Source: a virus
Lineage: Duplodnaviria > Caudoviricetes
DNA length: 64,000 nt
IMG/VR virus record: IMGVR_UViG_651703101_000001
Location: 64,001 to 128,000 of that record
Direction: 5' to 3' (one strand)
The translations under genes and the position numbers were made by a program. Shown piece by piece: positions 27,501 through 37,507 of this stretch (its first letter is position 1; each line of letters starts with the position of its first letter). The notes under the pieces were generated by a model. The model did not search any database. It was not told where the DNA came from and saw only the letters and a list, made by a program, of their open reading frames with translations.

Positions 27501-27848
27501 CTATTTATCCCCGATCATTCTCAAGAATTCATCTAGACTCATAATCACTAGGGGTTCTTTCCTACTTTGTTTAGTGATTAGGAGTGGAATATGTTTACCT
27601 GCATTTGCTTTTGCTTGTTCCCACCATGCCCTTAGACTAACTTTCTCTTGAGCCTTGGCTTCGATTGCATAAGGAATTAATTTTCTTGCTGCAGGGGAAA
27701 GTTTGATATCCTCACCGGACTCTCCCATAATTGCAGTTTTGATATCATCTTCTTCCAGAATAGGGAAAATTTCTAAGAGTTTGTCTCTAATCTCTTTCTG
27801 GAACTTTGCTCCTTTACTCTTTCTACTTCTTGGGGTATTTGCTGTCAT
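27501..27848 (-). CDS. PD-(D/E)xK nuclease, Holliday junction resolvase-like
   Basis: SRKSKGAKFQ..MGESGEDI..AIEAKAQE..WWEQA. Confidence 0.8.
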   Translation of the reverse strand: MTANTPRSRKSKGAKFQKEIRDKLLEIFPILEEDDIKTAIMGESGEDIKLSPAARKLIPYAIEAKAQEKVSLRAWWEQAKANAGKHIPLLITKQSRKEPLVIMSLDEFLRMIGDK

Positions 27849-27872
27849 AACAATATGAATTCATACTGTTAT

Positions 27873-28049
27873 TTATTTCATAATTTTGTAAAGCATTTTC
27901 TTTAAATGCTTACTCATTGTTCTGATAGGATAGTAAGAAACACCACGATACACATGAGGAATCATGGAAACTTTGCGCTTCCAATCCAGAAACTCTTTTT
28001 TGTGAGTTTCTGAATCGTATTCGATTCCTCGGTATCGTGGTTTGTTCAT
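27873..28049 (-). CDS. 58-aa DUF4278-like protein (twin YRG motif; not in ORF track)
   Basis: MNKPRYRGIEYD...HVYRGVSY; ATGA-coupled to nrdB. Confidence 0.55.
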   Translation of the reverse strand: MNKPRYRGIEYDSETHKKEFLDWKRKVSMIPHVYRGVSYYPIRTMSKHLKKMLYKIMK

Positions 28050-29191
28050 AGTTTGAAACCAGAAAATGAATTCTTTTTAATGTCTTGATTAATTCCACCG
28101 ACAATATAAGACTCAATCTCTGTTTCCTGTGGTGCATTTTGAACACCTTTGGACTTTAACCAGTGATCCATCCATGGGAGAGGATTACTATTCGCAGGAA
28201 TTTCATAAATTGGTTTGATTCCAATTGCTTTCATACGACGATTAGCAATCCATTCAACGTAGTTGCACAGAAGTTTTTCAGATAGACCGATCATAGATCC
28301 AGTTTTGAACAAATATTGGGCCCATGCTTTTTCCTGATCGACTGCCGCCTCGAACAATGAAGTAGTGTGATCTATTTCTTCATTGTATATCTTCTTCATT
28401 TCTGGATCATCATTGTTTCTCCAGTTGTTGATAATATTTTGAGTTAGGAATAGGTGTTGATTTTCGTCCCTCGCAATCAAAGAAATAATCTTGGCAGAAC
28501 CCTCCATTACTTTTAGTTCACCGAAAGCAAAAGAGCAAGCGAAAGAAACATAGAAACGAATACCTTCCAGAATATTAACAGTCATGACTGCACGGAAAAG
28601 TTTTCTCTTTAGTTCATATCTTTCTGCTTGACTAGCAGGAACACCTTCTTTTGCAAACTTCCATCCGTTTCCGTTGTCATAATGATGTGCTGCATTAATG
28701 AAAGAATCATAAGATTCGGTAACACTTTTCGCTCTTTCCATAATCTTTGAGTCGGAAAGAATTGTGCTGAATACTTCTTCTGGTTGAGGGTATAGATTCT
28801 TAATGATGTGAGTATAGGAACGTGAGTGAATCATTTCCATGAATCCCCACACTTCCATACAAGATTCTAACTCAGGTAGAGAACAATAGGGAAGAAAGGC
28901 AAGTGATGGTCCTCTACCTTGAACACTGTCCAACATCACCTGATACTTTAGATTAGATGTAAAGATGTGTTTTTGTTCTGGGCGGAGATTTTGATAATCT
29001 GATCTATCTTTTTGAAGAGATACCTCTTCTGGACGCCAGAAGAAACCTAGTTGAGTTTGTGTAAGTTTTTCAAAGAGAGGGTATTTATAGTCTAGGTATT
29101 GCTGAATACCTAGAGGTTGACCAAAGAACATTGGTTGTTGTTTTAGATCAACTGTCTGATCGTTGAATACTGTCATTCCTTCAATTGTCAT
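28046..29191 (-). CDS. nrdB: Ribonucleotide reductase class Ia beta subunit
   Basis: FFWRPEEV, DSVQGR, EMIHSRSY, LEGIRFYVSFA, RDENQH, APQETE. Confidence 0.98.
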   Translation of the reverse strand: MTIEGMTVFNDQTVDLKQQPMFFGQPLGIQQYLDYKYPLFEKLTQTQLGFFWRPEEVSLQKDRSDYQNLRPEQKHIFTSNLKYQVMLDSVQGRGPSLAFLPYCSLPELESCMEVWGFMEMIHSRSYTHIIKNLYPQPEEVFSTILSDSKIMERAKSVTESYDSFINAAHHYDNGNGWKFAKEGVPASQAERYELKRKLFRAVMTVNILEGIRFYVSFACSFAFGELKVMEGSAKIISLIARDENQHLFLTQNIINNWRNNDDPEMKKIYNEEIDHTTSLFEAAVDQEKAWAQYLFKTGSMIGLSEKLLCNYVEWIANRRMKAIGIKPIYEIPANSNPLPWMDHWLKSKGVQNAPQETEIESYIVGGINQDIKKNSFSGFKL

Positions 29192-29332
29192 CTTTGTTTT
29201 GTTCTATTTCGTAGGTAAAGTCATCACATCTATCTTTATTTGCGTCTACATTTCGTCTAACACCAATGTCTTTAAGACAATACTGAAATCCACCACATCT
29301 TTTTTCTAGGTGTTTACAGTCCCAACAATCGT

Positions 29333-29728
29333 TCATCTGACCTCTATAGTTCTTGTTTCGTAATAAATTATTTTACCGTGTTTGAATAGTGCAGAGGCCT
29401 CCGGCCAGAGATCCAGCTCTAGACTTTTCTCCGGATAAAGAATCACAAAACCCGTATGATAGACGGGCGTGAGTTTTTTATTTTTACCGGTAGGGACCCA
29501 CTCAAAAGGTAAACCCCTATAGGTTGGTTTTGTACCGTTTCTCATAACAATACGTGGCTTGTCAACCATTTTCATTGAGTTCGCCCAGTCAAATTTGAAT
29601 AACTCCCCGGCCGGAGAGATCCAAAAGCTTGACAATCCACATTCTAAACTTTTAGTTTGAAGAGCAACCCCAATGAAATCTTCTCCTAGTGGTTTATAGT
29701 GGCAATAAACTGTATCAAATAGTCCCAT
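29333..29728 (-). CDS. Hypothetical protein
   Basis: MGLFDTV..QTKSLEC motif of a widespread phage family. Confidence 0.7.
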   Translation of the reverse strand: MGLFDTVYCHYKPLGEDFIGVALQTKSLECGLSSFWISPAGELFKFDWANSMKMVDKPRIVMRNGTKPTYRGLPFEWVPTGKNKKLTPVYHTGFVILYPEKSLELDLWPEASALFKHGKIIYYETRTIEVR

Positions 29729-29737
29729 AATAAGTTC

Positions 29738-32041
29738 TCAAATAGCACAAGAATCACAAGTTTCGTCACACTCCAATAGGGCAAGTACGTCCTCGTCGAG
29801 AACTTTATTTTCTACTAGAGTTTCTTCTTCTCCCTTACTATCGTAAGTATTGTGATAATAGAGAGTTTTGATTCCTAGTTTGTAAGCTTGGAGCAAATCC
29901 ATAATCAAAATAGAAGCAGGAACTTCGTTGTTCGGATAGTTCTTTGGATTATATGACGTATTGGCTGAGATGGATTGATCCATAAACTTTTGCATAACAG
30001 CAACAATGTTTAGATATCCTTCCATACTTTCCATATCCCATAGAAGGGTATAGTCATTTTTCAAGGTTCCATAACTAGGAACGATCTGTTTCAGTGTTCC
30101 TTTCTTAGACTTCTTCACAGAAAGATAATCTCTAGGTGGCTCAATACCATTGGTGGTATTACACACGACCGAAGATGATTCAGATGGCATCTGTGCAGAC
30201 AGAGTAGAATTTCGTAGACCGAATACCTTAATCTTCTCACGTAGAACTTCCCAGTCTAGTTTGTAGTTAGGAGGACAGATACCATCCACATCTTTCTTGT
30301 AGTGATCGATAGGAAGTAGACCATCAGAATATTTAGTCTCGTTGAACTTAGAACAAGCTCCCTTCTCTTTGGCCAAGTTATTAGAAGCTTCCAGTAGATA
30401 GTATTGTAGAGCCTCTGTCAGTTCGTGCATGTAGACCAACGCCTGTTTGTCTCCATACTTGACTTTCTTTTTAGCTAAATACTGTGCAACACCGATAAAA
30501 CCAACACCCAAAGAACGACGAGACTTGGTTGATATCTCTGCCGCGACAAGAGGATATTCTTGATAGTCAATTAGTTCATCCAGTGCACGAACGGCAAGAT
30601 CACACAGATGTTGCATGTCATGAAGATGACGAATCTTACCGACATTGATTGCCGCGAGAATACATAGAGCAATCTCCCCATAAATATCGTGAATATCAAA
30701 CAAAGGTCTCGTCGGAAGTGTAATTTCCTGACACAGGTTTGACATAAACACCGACACCAAGAAAGAAGAGTGGGTATTGCAGTGATCCATATTCATGATA
30801 TAGATTCTACCAGTCTCTGCCCTTTCTTTGATGAGTTCCATGAACAACTGACGAGCAGGAATTCTTACTTGAGGAATATCGGAATTGGCTTCATATTCTC
30901 GGTAGAGCTCATCAAACTCTTCGGTCGCAAACGCGTCATATAGACCAGGGACATCATTCGGGGAGAATAATGTAATGTAAGAATCGTCAATAAATCTCTG
31001 ATAGAACAGGGAACTCAACTGAATGGAGTAGTCGAGTTTACGAACCCGGTTATCTTCTGTACCTTTGTTGTTCTTCAGTACCAGAATGTCTTGGATTTCT
31101 TTGTGCCAGATCGGGAAGTGCGCCGTCGCTCCACCACCACGAAGACCATTTTGAGTGGTACACTTCGCGGCAGTCTCAAAGTGTTTGAGGTAAGGAATGA
31201 CCCCTGTGTGGGAGATTTCACCATTACGGACCTTATCACCCAACGCACGAATTCGGCCGGGGTTGAGACCGATACCGGCCCTCTGAGAGGTGTATAGACC
31301 GACTGCAGTCGCAGAGGTGAAGATACTTCTCAGGTCATCATCGGTTTCGATGAGAACACAAGAGGCATACTGTCTTGTCTTGGTTCTAACACCTGCAATA
31401 TTAGGCGTTGGAAGATTCAGATAATGTTTTGAAATCGCGTCGTAGTATGCCTTGACATAGTTGAGTCTGGTTGCCTTGGGATACTTATGGAATGTAGTCG
31501 CAGCGTTAAGCATATAACAGAACTGTGGTGTTTCATACACCTTTCCAGTTGAACGATCCTGAACAAGATATTTATCATACACCTGACGCATAGCAGCATA
31601 AGTGAAAAGGAAATCTCTGTCATGATCAATGTAATTGTTGAGGATTTCAAACTCTTCATCGGTATAGTAAGTCAGGATTGCTGGATCATAAACATTATTA
31701 TCGATACCGTAGGCGATCTGATCTTGCAGGGACCAAGAATCCCACATCTTGTGATAGATGGACTTACGAAGTGAGAACAAAAGAAGTCTCGCTGCGGCAT
31801 ACTGATAGTTAGGATTCTCTAGGGATATCAAATCCGCCGCGGAACGAATTAGAGTTGCCTGAATATCTTCAGTAGTAATACCGTCATAGAATTGAAGTTG
31901 GGATTGAATCTCAATCTGAGACGGTGAAACTCTAGATAGACCGTCGCATGCTGCCTCGACCATTGTATGAATCTTGTCTAGATCTAGAGGTTCAGTTCCT
32001 CTTCCGTTTCTTTTTTTGACGTAGATTTCTTTTGTTGTCAT
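29738..32041 (-). CDS. nrdA: Ribonucleotide reductase class Ia alpha subunit
   Basis: ATP-cone VKKRNG, YETPQ, PTP, SCVLI, SNLCQEI, GIKTLYY, C-terminal CDSC. Confidence 0.98.
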   Translation of the reverse strand: MTTKEIYVKKRNGRGTEPLDLDKIHTMVEAACDGLSRVSPSQIEIQSQLQFYDGITTEDIQATLIRSAADLISLENPNYQYAAARLLLFSLRKSIYHKMWDSWSLQDQIAYGIDNNVYDPAILTYYTDEEFEILNNYIDHDRDFLFTYAAMRQVYDKYLVQDRSTGKVYETPQFCYMLNAATTFHKYPKATRLNYVKAYYDAISKHYLNLPTPNIAGVRTKTRQYASCVLIETDDDLRSIFTSATAVGLYTSQRAGIGLNPGRIRALGDKVRNGEISHTGVIPYLKHFETAAKCTTQNGLRGGGATAHFPIWHKEIQDILVLKNNKGTEDNRVRKLDYSIQLSSLFYQRFIDDSYITLFSPNDVPGLYDAFATEEFDELYREYEANSDIPQVRIPARQLFMELIKERAETGRIYIMNMDHCNTHSSFLVSVFMSNLCQEITLPTRPLFDIHDIYGEIALCILAAINVGKIRHLHDMQHLCDLAVRALDELIDYQEYPLVAAEISTKSRRSLGVGFIGVAQYLAKKKVKYGDKQALVYMHELTEALQYYLLEASNNLAKEKGACSKFNETKYSDGLLPIDHYKKDVDGICPPNYKLDWEVLREKIKVFGLRNSTLSAQMPSESSSVVCNTTNGIEPPRDYLSVKKSKKGTLKQIVPSYGTLKNDYTLLWDMESMEGYLNIVAVMQKFMDQSISANTSYNPKNYPNNEVPASILIMDLLQAYKLGIKTLYYHNTYDSKGEEETLVENKVLDEDVLALLECDETCDSCAI

Positions 32042-33054
32042 TTCTTCCATTGATTGAGTAGTAGAGTTGCTGTTAATCCAGAATGGGTACTGTTTTTTAC
32101 TAGACTTTTGACATCATATCCAGCTAGATACATGTCATTAATATCTTTATAGTTTTCTGACACAAGTGGTGGCCATATCACAACCGAGTTACCTTCTGCA
32201 ATGAGTTTGGACATTCTATCGGTAATTGCTCGATTTCTAGGTTCATTGTCATAAACATAAACACACCTCCTATCATGGAGCTCGACACAATCAGAGATAT
32301 CACTGCCTGCCATAGCAATAGCGTTATCAATGAGGAGCGAGTCAAATGGACCTTCTGTAATGTAGATAATTTCATTGAAGTTGACTCTGTTGAGTCCAAA
32401 TATTTTTGGTTTTGTGTCATCTAATAGTATAGTGATGTAACGAAGTTCTGTAGTTGAAGACAAAGATCTACCTTGATAGCCGAAGGTTTGTCCTTTAGTA
32501 TCAATGAGAGGTATGATGATTCTTGGTTCGTCTACGGAAGTGTCTTCAAAGGTTTCTGGTTTTACAGTGTTGGTCCATTCCTTAAATTGATCTGTATAAT
32601 ACAGATCTTCTGTGGGTAACTTCCGGTTGAGCAAATACTCTTTAGCCGGGTGATTGTTATTTAGTTTATCGATTGGGATGAGTTTGTCAAGTACCTCGAC
32701 ATCGAATGTGGGTTTCTGAGAGACGATTTTCTTGACTTTCTTTTCACTTATAGTGACCTTGGGTGTATTGTTTTCTGAGAACTTCTCAAATAGATATTCT
32801 TTGTACAACTGAGTGTCTAACTTTTCTATCAGATGTGGCAGAGTCATTGACGATCCACAATTATGACACTTATAGACTAGACCAGATCCTCCACCAGATC
32901 TCTTCATAGGAAAGACAAATCCCCTGGCCTTGTTCTTATTTGTTTGGGAGTCTCCACAAATAGGACAACGAAAGTTCCACAGATATTCTTTCTTTCTCTT
33001 GAACTTTTCAAGTCTACTTGATAGAAGATTCAGATACTTTATTTCTGTATACAT
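32038..33054 (-). CDS. gp61: DNA primase gp61
   Basis: NFRCPICGDS, KCHNCG, PRIIIP, TEGPFDS, YDNEPRN, KDINDM. Confidence 0.96.
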   Translation of the reverse strand: MYTEIKYLNLLSSRLEKFKRKKEYLWNFRCPICGDSQTNKNKARGFVFPMKRSGGGSGLVYKCHNCGSSMTLPHLIEKLDTQLYKEYLFEKFSENNTPKVTISEKKVKKIVSQKPTFDVEVLDKLIPIDKLNNNHPAKEYLLNRKLPTEDLYYTDQFKEWTNTVKPETFEDTSVDEPRIIIPLIDTKGQTFGYQGRSLSSTTELRYITILLDDTKPKIFGLNRVNFNEIIYITEGPFDSLLIDNAIAMAGSDISDCVELHDRRCVYVYDNEPRNRAITDRMSKLIAEGNSVVIWPPLVSENYKDINDMYLAGYDVKSLVKNSTHSGLTATLLLNQWKK

Positions 33055-33075
33055 AGAATTCTTCCTAGGTCTAAT

Positions 33076-33128
33076 ATCTTAACACAAAAAAGGGAGGACT
33101 ACGCCTCCCATGTGCCAGTTATTTGTCC
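33076..33128 (-). promoter_or_regulatory. Palindrome half-site + terminator hairpin + extended -10 promoter (primase-nrd operon)
   Basis: GTGCCAGT at 33112, 30 nt from TAAGAT at 33076-33081. Confidence 0.7.
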
Positions 33129-33131
33129 GGT

Positions 33132-33326
33132 CTATGATCTCTTTTTCTTCAACTTCTTCAGTGCCTTACCCAAGATAGGATCAAAGCCTGCAGTTGGACC
33201 CTTTGCATCCGAGGATCCTTGGAACCCATCGGCTCCCACTTTCATTGCCCCGCCACCAGCTGCACATGCAGCACATTCTTCTATTAGCCTTTCTTTTCTT
33301 TCTTGTAGTGATAAACCTTTAGCCAT
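33132..33326 (-). CDS. Conserved small cyanophage protein
   Basis: GFQGSSDAKGPTAGFDP motif. Confidence 0.7.
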   Translation of the reverse strand: MAKGLSLQERKERLIEECAACAAGGGAMKVGADGFQGSSDAKGPTAGFDPILGKALKKLKKKRS

Positions 33327-33330
33327 TAAA

Positions 33331-33702
33331 TTAGAAACCCTTTAGCTTGTTACTTATATTTATATCTGTAGGAATATCATGTAGTTGTGTATGTGGATAT
33401 TCTGGTATACGATTTAGATATTCTAAAAAGGTCTTAAGATAGGACCAATAGTCTTGATCGATTTTATAAAATAACATTGGAATTGACGCGTCATTCCAAC
33501 AGTTGAATATGATAATAATATGATTTAATAAAAGATGGCCATTCATATCACCTGTTTCGTGATATTTTTTGAGCCATCGTTTTACATATTTAAATCTCTT
33601 AAGATCTTCCTCAAATTCCTCTCTCGTTGAAGAGAGAGGATTTTCATAATGCTTAATCGCAAACATCAAGAAATTATCTTTATTCAGTTCATCAAATTTC
33701 AT
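33331..33702 (-). CDS. Conserved T4-like hypothetical protein
   Basis: FDELNKDNFLMFAIKHYENP..EFEEDLKRFKYVKR..LLLNHII. Confidence 0.85.
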   Translation of the reverse strand: MKFDELNKDNFLMFAIKHYENPLSSTREEFEEDLKRFKYVKRWLKKYHETGDMNGHLLLNHIIIIFNCWNDASIPMLFYKIDQDYWSYLKTFLEYLNRIPEYPHTQLHDIPTDINISNKLKGF

Positions 33703-33720
33703 TATCTAAATTGGACTAAA

Positions 33721-34326
33721 TTAAGCGTCGTCGTTAGTGATTGTACCTGTAGCAGAATTAGGTGTTCCGATTGTATATGCCCCGTTAGGAACGATGGTTA
33801 AAATTACAGTCTCGTTTGGTTCAACGCCCGCATCAGCGATTGGATTAACAACAACAGTAGCCGTAGCTGCACCCTCTGCAAAAGTCACGCTGTTTCCGAT
33901 AGTCTCATAATCTACACCGTTAGTAGCAGTTCCAGTAATATTGTAATTTACAGTCAGAACATTTCTAGAAGATGTGTTTCTACTGAATGTGAACACTAGA
34001 TTAGGAGCACCATCCTCAGCAACAGATCCAGGAGCCACCGCTACAGTTACTTGTCCCCCGAGAACAGGATTATACACTGGATATTGAGGACCAGTGCCTC
34101 CAAGAGGTGCCGTTGCATCGGTGTATACAGATGGTGGAGTCTGGACCTCAAAAGGAACTAATAGTTCATCCCAGAATCTAGTACCTGCTTTGTCTTTCCA
34201 TCTACGGATTGCGATACCAACTGACGAAACATATAGATCGTCTGAATCAGCTACTGGATTGGTTGTTGATAGGGATCCAACATATGGTGCAAAGGCAGCA
34301 CTATTTGGATCAATTGGATATGCCAT
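33721..34326 (-). CDS. Calx-beta domain virion protein
   Basis: TVNYNITGTATNGVDY..VTFAEG..PIADAGVEPNETVILT..ATGTITNDD. Confidence 0.8.
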   Translation of the reverse strand: MAYPIDPNSAAFAPYVGSLSTTNPVADSDDLYVSSVGIAIRRWKDKAGTRFWDELLVPFEVQTPPSVYTDATAPLGGTGPQYPVYNPVLGGQVTVAVAPGSVAEDGAPNLVFTFSRNTSSRNVLTVNYNITGTATNGVDYETIGNSVTFAEGAATATVVVNPIADAGVEPNETVILTIVPNGAYTIGTPNSATGTITNDDA

Positions 34327-34357
34327 AAGTATTTGTTAATTTCTTTTATTTAGTGAA

Positions 34358-34687
34358 TTATGGTGTTGGTGGAGCCGGTACTAGATTGGCGTCCAATTTA
34401 GGAATAACGAAGGTTCTATTTGCTTCAGCCTCTGTATCATCTGTAGGATCATAGACTACACACTTTACATTATACGTTCCTGGGCTAAATGTTCCAGGTG
34501 CAAATACAACAGTTCGGGCCCCCCTCCCACCACGAAATCCAGCTGGAATCGTTGACGTAACTACAGTCCAGTAAATATGAACAGGTCGTCTTGGGTCCGC
34601 AGGGGCCCCAACTGTAGCGTCTAGTGTTACTGTTCTGTTATCTTCTGATCCCACAACAGGAACCGCCAATGATACTGATGCTGCCAT
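34358..34687 (-). CDS. Small Ig-like putative virion protein
   Basis: PGTYNVKCVV beta-rich pattern; late promoter at 34706-34713. Confidence 0.6.
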   Translation of the reverse strand: MAASVSLAVPVVGSEDNRTVTLDATVGAPADPRRPVHIYWTVVTSTIPAGFRGGRGARTVVFAPGTFSPGTYNVKCVVYDPTDDTEAEANRTFVIPKLDANLVPAPPTP

Positions 34688-34708
34688 ATGTTTTGTGCTT
34701 TCTTTTAT

Positions 34709-35437
34709 TTATAGAGAAAGGGATTTATCGTGAATATCTAGAATATACTTATTCATTCTATCCAATACTCCTCTATTTCTAAGTTCTTTGAATGCCAAAT
34801 TTTCTAGTGACATTTCTCCACCTTTCTGAATTCCTGATGCTCTCATTGCACGGATTCTATTTTTTAGTTTATTGAATGATTCAATATCATCCGATTTTGA
34901 TGCAATCAGTGAATCAATTTCTTTAGTTATTGCTTTTACTTTAGCTTTAACAGTAGTATCATTACGATCTATTCTAACTTTTGTAGGTTTTTGTAACCAC
35001 TTGTGAGAGTTGATAGAATACACTCCTTGACCTTGCTTGAAGGAATCATTTTTATCTTGTGCATATAATTCAACAGGATGTCCCTTGATTGTGATGTTGT
35101 GGGTTTTGGCCCAGAGCTCTTTCTTTGATTGTAGGAAGTCATCTAACAAACCCTCACATTTGATTTTAGACTTATCAACAATAATATGTAGATCTATATC
35201 AGATTGATCTGTATAGTTATAGTTAGCATTACCACCTATAACAATTACATCGACAATAGCAACATGTGGTATCTTTGCAAAGGCAGACCATGCCTTACCA
35301 ATACGATTTAGGTGCAACCAAACATCAGGAAGAAGTTTTTCGTCTTTCCACAATTTAGGATTCAATTGATCATGAGTTTGAAGTGTTAACTTCAATTCTG
35401 ATATCAAATGTTTTGTTCTCGATTCAAGATGCCTCAT
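34709..35437 (-). CDS. Pol-beta superfamily nucleotidyltransferase
   Basis: GGNANYNYTDQSDIDLH...VELYAQD; ENLAFKELR. Confidence 0.8.
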   Translation of the reverse strand: MRHLESRTKHLISELKLTLQTHDQLNPKLWKDEKLLPDVWLHLNRIGKAWSAFAKIPHVAIVDVIVIGGNANYNYTDQSDIDLHIIVDKSKIKCEGLLDDFLQSKKELWAKTHNITIKGHPVELYAQDKNDSFKQGQGVYSINSHKWLQKPTKVRIDRNDTTVKAKVKAITKEIDSLIASKSDDIESFNKLKNRIRAMRASGIQKGGEMSLENLAFKELRNRGVLDRMNKYILDIHDKSLSL

Positions 35438-35825
35438 TTATATTCTTCTTTCTCTTTTGTAGTTTTCTAGTGTCGGATTCTGTCTCTCCACCTGGCATAA
35501 CATCTACATAAGGATGATCTTTACTATTCTTTTTATCAGGTTCTAGTTCTAGTTCTTCTCTCCAATTTACGCGATTAGCTTCTCTCATGTGAATTAACTG
35601 TTTCTTAAGAAGAAGATCACTAATGTCAAATGAGTTGTATACTATTTCAGACTGGGCGGGAAGTGTCTTTTTAGCTCTATGATATGCTTGTGCATTCTTT
35701 TTGGCAGGACCCTCTACCTGTTTGTTATTATCACCAGAAGCCTTAGCAGAATCACTAGCCATTTGTGCGACTTCGGTAGAATCTTCTTTGATATATTTTG
35801 TTAACTTAAGTTTGCTAAAATTCAT
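35424..35825 (-). CDS. Hypothetical, putative internal head protein
   Basis: NWREELE, HPYVDVMP motifs. Confidence 0.6.
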   Translation of the reverse strand: MNFSKLKLTKYIKEDSTEVAQMASDSAKASGDNNKQVEGPAKKNAQAYHRAKKTLPAQSEIVYNSFDISDLLLKKQLIHMREANRVNWREELELEPDKKNSKDHPYVDVMPGGETESDTRKLQKRKKNINEAS

Positions 35826-35846
35826 GTCAATATGATTTTTTACTAT

Positions 35847-36704
35847 TTAGAGTAGAACCAAATCGTTAATGAATGATTTAAACATCAGACCATCTTCGGT
35901 TACACATATGACATGATTGGTTCCACATCTTTTTATACTACCAGATAGTCCAGTTGTAAGAGACTCAACATAATCTCCCTCTTCAAACAACTCCCCATTC
36001 AAATACATCTCACGAATATATTCGTGAGATGTATAATGCTCAACCTCCCACGATTCAGCAATACCCATAGAGGCACGAAGAAGATTATAAAGTTCCATTG
36101 CGTCTTGTTTGGTATAACCTTTTCCTTTCACTGCGATTGGAAGGCCCTTAATGAAGTCTTCAAAGTTACCTTCAGATGCATGTTTTCTCATCTTAGAAGC
36201 AGAAAGTGAAGAGATAGGATCGTCTGGGTCTTCTTCGGTTCTATCACCAGCCGAATGGGCATAGATGTTTTTGAAATCATAGAGATTTCCATTGTACTTT
36301 CTCAAGAGATTTTCCATCTCTTGTTGACGATCACCACCACCAACGAAGTGATAGTTTTTATATCCTTGTCTGTGTGCCTTTTTTGCTGTATCTAATACGG
36401 TCTTAATTTCTGGATCTGGATCCCACTTGTCTGCATACTTTGGGAACATTCTTTTGAGGTGATCCAACTTTGCTTCGTATGGAAGGGGATTCTTTTTTGG
36501 ATCCTGCGTACGAGAAGTATAAAGACCTAAATCACCAGGGGCTTTATCACCAATACTAGATGCAATCTTGTCTGCATGATCTAGAGTCTTAAGGTGACCT
36601 AAGTGACCTGGGTTATGCCTACCGAACACTCTTACAGCATCATCCGATATTCTTTTTGGTTGAATGATTTCTGCTTCTTTGAAGAATTGATTGAATAGTT
36701 TCAT
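35847..36704 (-). CDS. Cytidylyltransferase-like (HIGH) protein
   Basis: FGRHNPGHLGH, QDPKKNPL, VGGGDR, SAGDR, SASKMR. Confidence 0.85.
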   Translation of the reverse strand: MKLFNQFFKEAEIIQPKRISDDAVRVFGRHNPGHLGHLKTLDHADKIASSIGDKAPGDLGLYTSRTQDPKKNPLPYEAKLDHLKRMFPKYADKWDPDPEIKTVLDTAKKAHRQGYKNYHFVGGGDRQQEMENLLRKYNGNLYDFKNIYAHSAGDRTEEDPDDPISSLSASKMRKHASEGNFEDFIKGLPIAVKGKGYTKQDAMELYNLLRASMGIAESWEVEHYTSHEYIREMYLNGELFEEGDYVESLTTGLSGSIKRCGTNHVICVTEDGLMFKSFINDLVLL

Positions 36705-37252
36705 TGGTCCTCACATAATTGACTTTCTAGAAACTTAATAATTGCTTCTTGAAATGGTTGTGTTGCAATTTGTTGTTGCTTTTCCTTGGCCATCTGTTCC
36801 TTTTTCTTTTGCATGAATGATGCAAAACCTTGGGGTTCTGTTGCCGGAGTTGGTTCTGGAATCGATTTGATATCTTTTTCAGACTGTGGTTTTGCTGGAG
36901 GAACCACAATCATTCCATTATCAGGATCGATCCATGATGGAGAACTTTGAGTTAATTGTGCACCACCGGAACCATCAGAAACTGCACCACCTGAAGCCTT
37001 GGAATTGTCATAGAAGACCAGTTCGCCGTTCACTGTCCGGGCCACTACTTGACCTGTAGCAGGATCCAAGTAGGACCCATGACCGTCACTCTGCAGACCC
37101 AACTGTGCGGCCCTCTCAGCAGGACTGATCGCACCAGTTCCTGATGGATTTCCGGTATCGGTTGGTAGGGGTGCTGCCTCTTTAATAAAACTGTCAAGTG
37201 ACAGTTTCACTTCTGTTCCTCTACTCCATTTAGCCCAACGTGATTGTCTCAT
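36701..37252 (-). CDS. Hypothetical, putative internal head protein
   Basis: SFIKEA; AAQLGLQSDGHG..VARTVNGELVF domain. Confidence 0.7.
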   Translation of the reverse strand: MRQSRWAKWSRGTEVKLSLDSFIKEAAPLPTDTGNPSGTGAISPAERAAQLGLQSDGHGSYLDPATGQVVARTVNGELVFYDNSKASGGAVSDGSGGAQLTQSSPSWIDPDNGMIVVPPAKPQSEKDIKSIPEPTPATEPQGFASFMQKKKEQMAKEKQQQIATQPFQEAIIKFLESQLCEDQ

Positions 37253-37485
37253 AGGTAAGCAGCAGCCATAATTGCGTTATCGGATACATCACCATCATCG
37301 ACAAGTTTCTCTGCCTTTTCACGAATCTTGTTTGCCTCTTTCCCATCCTTTCGTCTCTTTTGCTTATACTCTTGCATAAGCTTAAGGTAGGCTTCATCAT
37401 CTGCACCAGATTCAGAAGAGATAGGTTTTGGTGTAGCCTTCTTTTGTTCTTCTTTTTCTGTTAAGAATTGATCTAGTTTTTTCAT
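37249..37485 (-). CDS. Putative internal head protein
   Basis: MKKLDQFLTE capsid-targeting-like N-terminus. Confidence 0.65.
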   Translation of the reverse strand: MKKLDQFLTEKEEQKKATPKPISSESGADDEAYLKLMQEYKQKRRKDGKEANKIREKAEKLVDDGDVSDNAIMAAAYL

Positions 37486-37507
37486 AATGTTTTATTAGTA
37501 TTTAGGT